DNA of 64,000 nt from an uncultured Gemmatimonadales bacterium (GTDB taxonomy: Bacteria > Gemmatimonadota > Gemmatimonadetes > Gemmatimonadales > GWC2-71-9). How positions within the stretch are numbered: the first letter of the stretch is position 1; each line of letters starts with the position of its first letter. This document shows positions 9,981 through 19,300 of this stretch, one piece after another. A model generated the notes under the pieces. It worked only from the letters and a program-made list of their open reading frames with translations, had not been told where the DNA came from and ran no database searches. The position numbers and the translations under genes are program-made. The DNA is taken from contig CAVSQW010000005.1 in NCBI GenBank assembly GCA_963730185.1, forward strand, positions 1 through 64,000, written 5' to 3'.

Positions 9981-12428
9981 ATGTACAAGGACTGCATTGC
10001 CGCCATTGAAGCCGCCGCCGGGCGCAAGATGTCCGAGGACGAACTGACGGCGCTCTATGAAGGCTTGCAAAAGTATATCAGAGACCGGCAACGCGCCAAC
10101 AAGGGCGAGGGGCTTGATGCCTCAATCCGCGCCGCCGCGGATAACTACGCCGCCGACATGGCTGAGTTGGCCGTCATCGAAAAACGCAATGCCATCCTCG
10201 CCCTGCAATCACGGCTCGACAAGGTGAGTTATGTCCGCGACCAGTTCGCCAACGATCCCTATTCCGGCGTGTCAGCGCGACTTGTCGGGGTGGAAAGCAA
10301 CAAGGCTGGTTCCCGTCTTTCCGCCGCTGCCGAGCAGGAAAACCTGAAAAGCGCCTATCTCTCCGGTTTCATTGCCGACATGCACGCCAACGCTGATTGG
10401 CACCTGTTCGTCTCCGGCACGCTGGACCGTGAGATTGCCACGGCGCTATGGGCGGAAAACCGCGCACAGCCGATCCCGCGTGACGTGCCGAAACAGGCTG
10501 AGGCCATGGCGAAGGTCATATCGAAATGGCAGGAAGTCGCCCGCCAGGATGCCAACAAGGCCGGGGCATGGATCAAGAAGCTGGAAGGCTATATCGTCCG
10601 GCAATCGCATGATATGTACAAAATTCACGGTGCCGGGTTCGATGCGTGGAAGGCCGATGCGCTGAACTGGCTGGATATTCCGCGTACCTTTGGCGATGCA
10701 GGCCCAACCGACAAGACGTTGCAACAGATATGGAGCGACCTTGCATCCGGCATCCATCTGCGTCCGCTTGCAGAAGATACGCCGGCTAAACCATCCGCCA
10801 ACATGGCCAAGCGTCTGAGCCAGTCCCGTGTCTTGCACTTCAAGGATGCCGGGGCATGGTTCGACTACAACGCCAAATATGGCACCGGCACGATGCGCGA
10901 GGCGGTGTTGGGGGGGCTCGGTCATAACGCCGATACCACGGGCCTGATGCGGGTATGGGGGCCAAATCCTCAGTCAACCTTCGATCAGGTCACGCATGAA
11001 ATCATGAATGGCATCTCTGATCCGTCAGCGCGCCGCGTCTTTGCTGACCGGACAGCGGGTGCGCTGCGCAATCAGTTGATGGCCGTGGATGGTTCGATGA
11101 ACATTCCAGTCAATCACATGGGTGCGAAGTGGGCAACGACCATCCGCGCCGGCAACCGCATGTCGAAACTCGGTGCATCCCTGCTGTCACAGTTCTCCGA
11201 TATCGCTTTCTATGGCTCTGAGATGAAGTTCCAGGGGCGCGGCTTCCTTTCCGGCATGGCGGAATCCATCGCCTCGCTCGGGCAAAACCTGACGAAGGCC
11301 GAAAAGGTCAGGCTAATGGGCATGATCGGCGTCTATGCTGACAGTTCCATTGGTGATTTCCATGCTCGGTTTTCCCTTGCTGAGGATGGCGCCGCCGGGG
11401 CTTTCACCAAGTTGCAGCAGCAATTCTTCAAGTGGAACGGCATGACGTGGTGGTCGGATCGCCAGCGTGTCGGCGCACAGTTCGGCCTTTCCCATTACAT
11501 CGCACAGAACGCTGACCGGGAATGGGGAAAGGTGAACGGCGATTTGCAACGGGTGCTTGGGCTTTATGGCATCGATGCGAAGGAATGGGATGTCATCCGC
11601 AAATCCGGCCTGATCAAGGGCGATGATGGCCGTTCACTGGTGGTGCCGGAAAACATCAAGGACGCCAAGATACGGGACAAGTACCGGACCTATCTGATTG
11701 ACCGTTCGCAATATGCTCAGTTGCGGCCCGATGCAGCGACGAGAGCGACGATGATCCGCGGCACCCGTCCCGGCACGGTTGAAGGTGAGTTCATGCGTTT
11801 CATCGGTGAGTTCAAGTCTTTCTCTGTGGTTGCCTTCCAGCGCACTATCAAGCGCGAGATTTATGGCCGCGGTGCCAACAGCTTTGCGGAGGCATTGAAG
11901 AATGGCAACGGCGAAATGACTGGCCTTGCCCAACTCATGGCGTGGACTGTGCTGTTTGGCTATACATCGATGGTGGCCAAGGATTTTGTGAAGGGCCGCA
12001 ATCCGCGCGATCCTCTATCGAAAAAGACATGGATTGCCGCCATGGCGCAAGGCGGCGGCATGGGCATCTATGGTGACTTCCTGTTTGGCGAGGTCAAGAA
12101 TCGTTTTGGCGGCAGTCTTGCAGACACACTTCTAGGCCCGACGTTGGGCGGATCGCTGAATACGGTTGGCGATCTCTATGGCCGCGCCCGCGACGGCGAT
12201 CCATTAGCCGCTCCAGCCTTGCGCGCCGTCATCAGCAACGCACCGTTCATCAACGTGTTCTATTCCAAGATGGCGCTGGATTACCTGTTTCTGTATTCTT
12301 TGCAGGAGGCCATGAATCCCGGTTCGTTGCAGCGCATGGAAAGCCGCATCCAGAAGCAGAACGCACAGACCTTCTGGCTGCGACCGAGCCAGAACCGCTA
12401 TCGCGGCGTGGAAAATCTGGTGCGATGA
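9981..12428 (+). CDS. Large internal virion/ejection protein (815 aa)
   Basis: Intact helical ORF; 'CIAAIEAAAGR' start and 'QGGGMGIYGDFLF' C-terminal motif typical of the last ejection protein of BPP-1/epsilon15-like phages. Confidence 0.8.
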   Translation: MYKDCIAAIEAAAGRKMSEDELTALYEGLQKYIRDRQRANKGEGLDASIRAAADNYAADMAELAVIEKRNAILALQSRLDKVSYVRDQFANDPYSGVSARLVGVESNKAGSRLSAAAEQENLKSAYLSGFIADMHANADWHLFVSGTLDREIATALWAENRAQPIPRDVPKQAEAMAKVISKWQEVARQDANKAGAWIKKLEGYIVRQSHDMYKIHGAGFDAWKADALNWLDIPRTFGDAGPTDKTLQQIWSDLASGIHLRPLAEDTPAKPSANMAKRLSQSRVLHFKDAGAWFDYNAKYGTGTMREAVLGGLGHNADTTGLMRVWGPNPQSTFDQVTHEIMNGISDPSARRVFADRTAGALRNQLMAVDGSMNIPVNHMGAKWATTIRAGNRMSKLGASLLSQFSDIAFYGSEMKFQGRGFLSGMAESIASLGQNLTKAEKVRLMGMIGVYADSSIGDFHARFSLAEDGAAGAFTKLQQQFFKWNGMTWWSDRQRVGAQFGLSHYIAQNADREWGKVNGDLQRVLGLYGIDAKEWDVIRKSGLIKGDDGRSLVVPENIKDAKIRDKYRTYLIDRSQYAQLRPDAATRATMIRGTRPGTVEGEFMRFIGEFKSFSVVAFQRTIKREIYGRGANSFAEALKNGNGEMTGLAQLMAWTVLFGYTSMVAKDFVKGRNPRDPLSKKTWIAAMAQGGGMGIYGDFLFGEVKNRFGGSLADTLLGPTLGGSLNTVGDLYGRARDGDPLAAPALRAVISNAPFINVFYSKMALDYLFLYSLQEAMNPGSLQRMESRIQKQNAQTFWLRPSQNRYRGVENLVR

Positions 12429-12450
12429 TTTACCTTCGGACGGACGCAGC

Positions 12451-12726
12451 ATGAAAGACCCTTATACGCTCATCATCCACGGCTTCCTCGGCGCGGTGTT
12501 TGTTGCCGTGCTGTGCGGCCTCTACCTGTTTCTCGGCTGGCCGCTGTGGCTGGCGGCGCTGTTCAACGCGATGGGCTGGCTGGCGCGCGAGGCGTTCTTC
12601 GACACAGGCGGCGACGGCGGCGGCGACAACTGGCGCATGGACCGCTGGACGATCCAGAAGCACCTCGAATGGATCACGCCGGGGCTGGCGGGGCTCGCCG
12701 TGATCGCGGCGTTCATGATTTTCTAA
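12451..12726 (+). CDS. Small multi-TM membrane protein
   Basis: 91 aa, three hydrophobic segments. Confidence 0.65.
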   Translation: MKDPYTLIIHGFLGAVFVAVLCGLYLFLGWPLWLAALFNAMGWLAREAFFDTGGDGGGDNWRMDRWTIQKHLEWITPGLAGLAVIAAFMIF

Positions 12727-12742
12727 CGGCGGGAGGGCGGCA

Positions 12743-13033
12743 ATGGACCACCAGGACGACGATGGCTATCCGAAGTCGGCACATTGGCAGATTGATCGGC
12801 GAGTCCCGCTCGCTCTGATCTATACTTTCGCGACCGGGTTTCTGATGACGGCGGCGGCGGGCGGAACGGCGGTCGGTATCCTTTACAACAAGGTTGACGG
12901 GATACAGGCCGAGATGAACCGCCGTAGCGGCGTGCTTGAACGTATAGCCGCTCTGGAATCGAACATTACCGCTATCAGGACTTCGGTCGGGCACATCGAA
13001 GATCGCCTTGACGGAACCATGCGGGGCAAGTGA
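12743..13033 (+). CDS. TM plus coiled-coil protein (holin-associated / XhlA-like)
   Basis: GGAGG SD; 'WQIDRRVPLALI' N-terminus, TM, then 'RIAALES...HIEDRLD' coiled coil. Confidence 0.65.
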   Translation: MDHQDDDGYPKSAHWQIDRRVPLALIYTFATGFLMTAAAGGTAVGILYNKVDGIQAEMNRRSGVLERIAALESNITAIRTSVGHIEDRLDGTMRGK

Positions 13034-13233
13034 GGGCTAGTGTTGTCATGTTGGATAGCATCCTGAAAATTCTCCAGATCATCGCGCTAATCGGCGGGTT
13101 TGTCGTGCTACTGCGCCGCATCAAATCCATCCACCTGATGATGAACAGTCGGCTTGATGAACTTCTGAAATCCACCGCAACGGCCAGTCGCGCCGAAGGC
13201 ATTGAGGAAGGCCGAAAGGAGGACAGGCAATGA
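13030..13233 (+). CDS. Small single-TM holin-like protein
   Basis: GTGA overlap with the upstream gene; TM followed by 'IHLMMNSRLDELL...RAEGIEEGR'. Confidence 0.6.
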   Translation: MRASVVMLDSILKILQIIALIGGFVVLLRRIKSIHLMMNSRLDELLKSTATASRAEGIEEGRKEDRQ

Positions 13234-13565
13234 CTTCATTCCGCGACATGGGCAACGTCACGCTTGCCCAACTCTGGAGCGTGCTGATGGTGAGCCTGAA
13301 GGCGCTGCCGGTTCTCGCCGCGCTATGGTACTTCGCTCTTGAGCCCATCGCCGTGGCGCAGGTGACGAATATCCTCGATCAGTACGGCGTCACGAAACAG
13401 ACCTACCAACAGCTTGAGATGCGCGTCTACGAGACACAGAAACAAAACAAGCTGATCATCGACCAGCAATCCGCCATCCTCAAGAAACTTGGTGCCACCG
13501 ATCCCGCCAAATTCCGTTCGCGCGCCTTGCCCGAGCCAACAGCGCCCCTGCCGCCGGTGCAATAA
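13230..13565 (+). CDS. TM plus coiled-coil protein
   Basis: ATGA overlap, AGGAGG SD, N-terminal TM. Confidence 0.65.
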   Translation: MTSFRDMGNVTLAQLWSVLMVSLKALPVLAALWYFALEPIAVAQVTNILDQYGVTKQTYQQLEMRVYETQKQNKLIIDQQSAILKKLGATDPAKFRSRALPEPTAPLPPVQ

Positions 13566-13988
13566 TGACCAGCCTCGCCCGCATTCATCCTGATTGCCGC
13601 CTTTCTGATTGCTGGTATGGCTCTGGTCAGGGCGGGAGACGCCCCGCGCCTCGTCAGGGGCATGATGTGCGATACGGGCGCGCAACTTGATGCGATGTAT
13701 CAAGGCGTCATCGTGGATGGCCTGTCGGGGATTGCGGTGCTGACTGTCATTAACAGCAAGGCGGGCCATGCTGCTTGCGCCAACATCCGGCATGGGGCTT
13801 TCATGCTGGTGAATATCAAGTTGCGGATTCGCCGGGCGCATGAGGGCAGGACGCTTTATTTCTACTCGGGCGAAGTCATTGCAATCAGAACACCGAGCGG
13901 GGCGCTAAAGGCTATTGTGCCCCCGATAACCCAGCATTTTTCCTCGTACAAGCCCCTTGATCCGAGAGACGTTGAGGAAGGGGCATAA
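13565..13988 (+). CDS. Secreted/periplasmic hypothetical protein, indel near 13580
   Basis: TAATG coupling at 13563-13567; signal-peptide-like FILIAAFLIAGMALVRA continues into ORF 13617-13988. Confidence 0.55.
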
Positions 13989-13999
13989 AGCATCAGACG

Positions 14000-14008
14000 T
14001 GCTATAAT
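14000..14008 (+). promoter_or_regulatory. Perfect extended -10 promoter (TGnTATAAT)
   Basis: TG-C-TATAAT at 14000-14008, about 30 nt before the TAAGGAG SD and ATG 14038. Confidence 0.6.
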
Positions 14009-14037
14009 GATCAATACCTGACCTAAGGAGAACTGAA

Positions 14038-14214
14038 ATGGCTATCATCCTCGTATTCATCCTTACCACTATCGCTATCCTGCTTCTGGCTATGTGGCTG
14101 TCCCCGGCCTTTAAGGACATGGTTGCATCCAAGTGGGGCGTTGTCGGAACGGTACTGCTCGCCATTCTCGGATGGGCTATTCATCTGTTCGGCGGTGGGG
14201 TGCCGATGTCATGA
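14038..14214 (+). CDS. 58-aa two-TM holin/antiholin candidate
   Basis: Hand translation MAIILVFILTTIAILLLAMWLSPAFKDMVASKWGVVGTVLLAILGWAIHLFGGGVPMS*; TAAGGAG SD; ATGA overlap with the endolysin; below the ORF-track cutoff. Confidence 0.7.
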   Translation: MAIILVFILTTIAILLLAMWLSPAFKDMVASKWGVVGTVLLAILGWAIHLFGGGVPMS

Positions 14215-15038
14215 GCATCAGCGCCGCCGGCCTTTCCCTCATCAAGGAATTTGAGGGCTGCAAACTCACAGCCTACAAGGATGTGAAGGGCGTTCTGACT
14301 ATCGGCTGGGGGCACACGACTTCCGCCGGGCCGCCAACTGTTCGGACTGGAATGAAGATTTCGCAGGCTGATGCTGACCGCATCTTCGCTACCGATCTGA
14401 TCAAGTATGAGAACGCGGTGTCGGCGGCGATTGATGTGCCGCTGAACCCCAATCAGTACGCCGCCTGTGTCTCTCTTTGCTACAACATCGGCCCCGGCGC
14501 CTTTGCCAAGTCCTCGGTGGCGAAATTCATCAACAAGGGCAAGGAAGCAGAAGCCGCAAATGCCTTACGCATGTGGAACAAGGCCGGCGGCAAGGTAGTG
14601 GCCGGGCTGGTGCGCCGCAGGGAAGCCGAACGCCGGTTGTTCCTGACACCGGTTGTGTCGGTTCTCAACCCGCCCGTTGTTCCCGAAACGCTTGACAGCA
14701 TTGCCGCGAAGGGCGGGCGTATCGCTACTGGCACCAAAAAGAACAAGACAGCAGGAAAGGTTGCGGTGGGAACGGGTGTTGTCACAACGGTCACTACGGT
14801 CATCGATGCGGCCGGTGGATTGACAAATGTGACCGCCTCCCTCCACCCGTTCAAAGATTTGTTCGACGCATACGGACCTTGGATAGCCATAACCGCCGGG
14901 ATTGTCCTTGTCGGGTTTGGTGCCTTCATCTGGTATCAGTCGCACAAGATTGGTAAGGCCCGCGTGGAAGATCAAAACTCTGGTAAGACCACCAGCATTG
15001 GCCCGGTTCCATCCCCGGCAGAAAGGCAAGTCAGATGA
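14211..15038 (+). CDS. Endolysin, GH24 lysozyme with C-terminal hydrophobic helices
   Basis: 'LIKEFEGCKLTAYKDVKGVLTIGWGHT', 'SLCYNIG' and 'GLVRRREAERRLF'; C-terminal 'YGPWIAITAGIVLVGFGAFIWY'. Confidence 0.92.
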   Translation: MSISAAGLSLIKEFEGCKLTAYKDVKGVLTIGWGHTTSAGPPTVRTGMKISQADADRIFATDLIKYENAVSAAIDVPLNPNQYAACVSLCYNIGPGAFAKSSVAKFINKGKEAEAANALRMWNKAGGKVVAGLVRRREAERRLFLTPVVSVLNPPVVPETLDSIAAKGGRIATGTKKNKTAGKVAVGTGVVTTVTTVIDAAGGLTNVTASLHPFKDLFDAYGPWIAITAGIVLVGFGAFIWYQSHKIGKARVEDQNSGKTTSIGPVPSPAERQVR

Positions 15039-15298
15039 GATTGCGCCGACTGTTTCTAGAGGACAATGAAAAACTGGTGGGCGTGATTTCGTGGCGCCCG
15101 CACTTTGGCCGATTTGGCATTGAATGGCCGACAATGCGAGTCATAGAGGAAGCTGCCGCCAGACTGTTGCGCCCATCTGGGATAGATACCGCATCCGAGC
15201 GGCGCTTGAACCGGAAGCAGCACGGGCCGAAAGGCTTAAGCCAATACCGCCTGAACCAAGCACGGCTACATCGTCTTATGGGCGCAGAGGGACAATGA
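15035..15298 (+). CDS. Hypothetical basic protein
   Basis: ATGA overlap with the endolysin stop; fills the gap to the next gene. Confidence 0.5.
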   Translation: MRLRRLFLEDNEKLVGVISWRPHFGRFGIEWPTMRVIEEAAARLLRPSGIDTASERRLNRKQHGPKGLSQYRLNQARLHRLMGAEGQ

Positions 15299-15299
15299 C

Positions 15300-15536
15300 A
15301 TGAGCATTCTTACTATTCTCGGCTTCGCCAAAGCCTTGTGGCCGTTCATTGCGGCAGCGGGCGGACTGATTGCATTCTTTGTCTGGGGGCAGAAGAAAAA
15401 GCACGAAGGGGTGCAGGAGGAAAAGGCCCGCACCAAGGCCGTGGTCGATCAGGTGCAGGCCGAGATGGATAGCAAGCTGGTCAAGAGCCCTACGACGCAA
15501 GAGACAATCGACCGGCTTAACGAGGGGAATTTCTGA
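15300..15536 (+). CDS. Inner-membrane spanin (Rz-like)
   Basis: N-terminal TM plus short coiled coil, downstream of the endolysin and upstream of a lipoprotein. Confidence 0.6.
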   Translation: MSILTILGFAKALWPFIAAAGGLIAFFVWGQKKKHEGVQEEKARTKAVVDQVQAEMDSKLVKSPTTQETIDRLNEGNF

Positions 15537-15761
15537 TGACCCGCGCCCTGATCCTCATCCTCGTGCTTTCCAGTGAGCGGCTGTGCCGCAACGACCTACG
15601 GCGTGACATGCCCTCACCTCAAGTCCTACACCAAGGCCGACCAGCAGGCGGCGGCGAAGGAACTCGCGGTGGCTGGTCCGCACATCCAGCGCTTCATCAA
15701 CGATTATAGCGCCCTGCGGAACGCGGTGCGGGCCTGTCAGAAGCTCCAGAAGAAGTCATGA
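15536..15761 (+). CDS. Outer-membrane spanin lipoprotein (Rz1-like), one extra T near 15568
   Basis: TGATG coupling; removing one T gives MTRALILILVLPVSGC (lipobox) running into 'CPHLKSYTKADQQAAAKEL...INDYSALRNAVRAC'. Confidence 0.65.
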
Positions 15762-15984
15762 AAACCTGGCAGTCAGTCGTCATCTACAGCGGGGTTAGCG
15801 TGCTGGTCATCACGGCGCTGGCCATGCCGGTCTACTGGCTGCGCTTTGGATTTGCCGACACCCCGACTTGAACTGGTTGCGGCATCGAGCGGCGCCACCG
15901 GGATATCTGGTCAAAATGCTGCAAGAGGTGATGACGGAAGTGAGCGCCCGGCGCGCTGCCAAGCTGGCGGAGAAAACGCCATGA
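15758..15984 (+). CDS. Membrane-anchored hypothetical protein, indel near 15865
   Basis: ATGA overlaps at both ends; MKTWQSVVIYSGVSVLVITALAMPVYWL... continues in a shifted frame ...KMLQEVMTEVSARRAAKLAEKTP*. Confidence 0.45.
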
Positions 15985-16274
15985 CCGATGTCAAGACCCA
16001 GCCCGTCAAGGCGCAGCGCTTCGAGGATATTGATGAAGTTGAGAAGGTGCCCGGCGCGTTCGAATATTTCAAGTCCGGCGAGCGCTATCCGGCCGGCATG
16101 ATTTACAACTGCCCTTGCGGGTGCGGCCACACCGGGTCGCTCAATTTCCGCCCGCACGCATCACCCTCATGGGAGTGGGACGGCAACCTGGAAGCGCCGA
16201 CCCTATCGCCATCTGTCCACCACGTCGGCCACTGGCACGGCTGGTTGCGCAGTGGTATCTGGGAGTCATGCTGA
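15981..16274 (+). CDS. DUF6527-like Cys/His metal-binding protein
   Basis: GGAG SD; 'CPCGCG...WEWDGNLEAPTLSPSV...HWHGWLRSG.W'. Confidence 0.7.
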   Translation: MTDVKTQPVKAQRFEDIDEVEKVPGAFEYFKSGERYPAGMIYNCPCGCGHTGSLNFRPHASPSWEWDGNLEAPTLSPSVHHVGHWHGWLRSGIWESC

Positions 16275-16360
16275 TGACCACTTTCCTCATCGCCGTCTGC
16301 ATAGGCGTGGTGCTGTTCAATGTCATCGGCCCCATCTGGTACAGCTATCAAAACGACTAG
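16274..16360 (+). CDS. 28-aa single-TM peptide
   Basis: TGATG coupling, GGAG SD, MTTFLIAVCIGVVLFNVIGPIWYSYQND. Confidence 0.45.
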   Translation: MTTFLIAVCIGVVLFNVIGPIWYSYQND

Positions 16361-16369
16361 GAGAATGAC

Positions 16370-19300
16370 ATGCCAGGATTAGGACTGGGCCTTGGGCTGG
16401 GCAGGGGCAGAGGACATGGCAGCGGGCCAAGTGGTTCCACCCTCATCATGGCGGCCACCGCCTCGATCAACATCAATGTCGCGACGACCCGAACTTATCA
16501 GGAATTCGGTGCTGTTCTCACTCCGGCGACTGCCGTTGAAACCACGACTGCCAGCGGCGCAACCCCTATTGTCTATACGATGACCGGCAATACCGATGGA
16601 TTTGCTATCGACGCCGACACCGGCCAGATCGACTACATCTCCGATGTGCTGCTACTCAACATGGCGGCGTACAACAATCTCGGAACCTCGTTCACATTCA
16701 CAAAGACAGCCACGGTCGGCCCGCAAGTAAAGAACTGTACCGTGACTGTTACTCTAGACACCTCTGACTTTCAGAGCGCGGCAACGCCCGGCGGCACAAA
16801 GACGTGGCAAATCCCCGGCATCGACTTCCCCGCAGGCCGTACCAGCGTCAACGCGCTGCTCGATCCAATTGTAGATGGCCTGCCGACCGGGTGGCAGATT
16901 GACCCCACTTATACATTCATTATCAAGCCAACGACAAACAGCCCCGCCACGCTTGAGGATTATGACCTATCTGCATTTATTATAGAGGATGGCGGGTATA
17001 CCGGCCTGCATATAACACAATGTCTGTATGACATCGACGGGCTGGACCCAGCCAACGTGGCGCAAATACCTAGTATATTCAAATTTACCGGCAGCGGACA
17101 GTTGATGGACTATTGTTCCGTTCACATGCGGGGCTTTTCTAATTACTGGGGCAAGACGTGTATTAATGGCGGCGGGTTCACGCTGGATCACTGTGTCATC
17201 ATCGAAGCCCCGGCCGACGTGATCGACATCAACGCAGGTACTGTAACAAACTGCTTCCTGAATTGTGTAACGACCGCCATTTACGACGACACTTCATGGG
17301 GCACCTACGTCACAACCCCGTATAGTTGGAATCATGGCGATGTACTCCAAGCGTTCGGCGTGAGCAGCACGGCTATCCTTGCCACGGGCAACTGGATGGA
17401 TGGGCGTGTTTACGGGACTCAATATCACCGCTATACCCGGACCAATCTGACCGGTACAATCACGGCGGCAAATAGCGATACGGGGATTGTCGGTAGTGGT
17501 ACATCCTTCACGACAGAATTGGCAGTCGGACAATGGATTTCATGGTTGAACGATGGTGCTAATAACCTTTCACACGGCTATATAACGGCCATTGCTGACG
17601 ATACTAATCTGACTATTGCATATGGCGGGACGGCGCAGGCAGCAGTAGGGGCTTCATTCTTCATCGACCCATACCCTGCCTCTGGCGTCACCTCAGCCTT
17701 TTTTTTGCAGGGCAACGACATCACCGGCAAGGTGCTCGACGCCACAATGACGGGCACAGGAAACATCCTTCTGGGTGGTGGCTATGTGACATCGGTTGGT
17801 GCGACTGTCACTGACCTGAGCGATACGTGGACGGCGAACGGGACGGATACCGTGACGGCAGACACGTCAGGCGGCAATGCCACGAGCGCGCTGTCAGCGA
17901 ACAACGAGATAATTCTCTACGGCGTCGGCCCGACGATCTACACAGTTTCAAGCGTCACCGATGATAACACCATCGTCTTTACTGGCACGGTGCCCGCTGG
18001 GTCTGGCCTCACGTTGAGAAAGCTGCCAGCCATTGCGCTGATAACAATCGAGGACAATCTGTTGCACCCCGGCCTGTCAGCATCCGGCCTTGGTTGGCAC
18101 CCCACGTTCGCTACCAAGCCCGTCCGGTTTGTCAACAATGTGAAATTGACCGATCCGACAACCCTTGCGTCGGCCAACATCAACGCCACACCGCCCACGC
18201 CGGCACCCACCGTCAGTGAGGTCACAGAAAGCTATGCAGTTGTCACATGGACGGCTGACAGCGATGTGACACAGTATTTTGCTGACTACAGCACGGACGG
18301 TGGCTCAAACTGGTCATCAGCAGTGGCGACCGACAGCAGCGCGCAGCACCAGTTCACCGGCCTCGATGTGGTGGCGAACGCCTACACATTCCGAATTACC
18401 GGCAAGAATGCACTGTCCGAGGATGGCGTCACGTACCTGCAAGCCGGGACGGGCGGTACGGTCGCGCAGGCAACAGTCACCAACGTCAACCCAACACTTG
18501 TATCCTCCTCGCCCACGGATGGCGCAACCGGCATCAACAATGACGCCACGACGATTGCGCTCACGTTCAGCGAGGAAATCGCGGCGGGGACTGGTAATGT
18601 CGTGGTCTACGATGACACTGGCGCTGCTGCCTTCGAGACGTTCAACATTGCCACAGGGGCAGGCGACAACAGCGGCACTATCGCTATTTCAGGCAAGGTT
18701 GCGACGATCACGCTTGGCGCAAGCATGGCCTATTCCAACGCCTATTCCATTCAGATCGACGCCACGGCCGTTGATGACCTCGCGGGCAACTCCTATGCGG
18801 GCATAGCTGACCACACCACGTTGAACTGGACGACAGGTGCGGCTCCCGTTGCCGTTCTTAATGTTACCCCTACGGGTAATGGCTCGTCTACGATCAACAA
18901 AGCAACTCGCGTCGTGTTTCCCACCGATTTCGACATCGGCCCGCTTGGTGAAGTGCGTATCACCATCGAATCTGCCAGCAGCAGCAACCCGTTCCATCTC
19001 GCGCTCAACAATACATCGATAGGAAAGCATGGTGGCACATATGCGGATATGGCGGCGGCACCAGTGGAAATTGCTTGGATAGACGATCCGGTGAATGGGG
19101 TTAATGTGTCGGGCAGTCACGTAACTGTTGATAATAACCTTGTTCAGGCAACAAGCGCATGGGTGGCCCTCGGAGATACATTCGTGGCAGGCGAGAAGCT
19201 GGTCATCAATTTCGATTGGGATGGCACGAATTCCTACTCCATCAGGAGCGGCAGCCTGTCATCTGCCTATGTGCTATGGATATTTGCAAGCGGAACAGCC

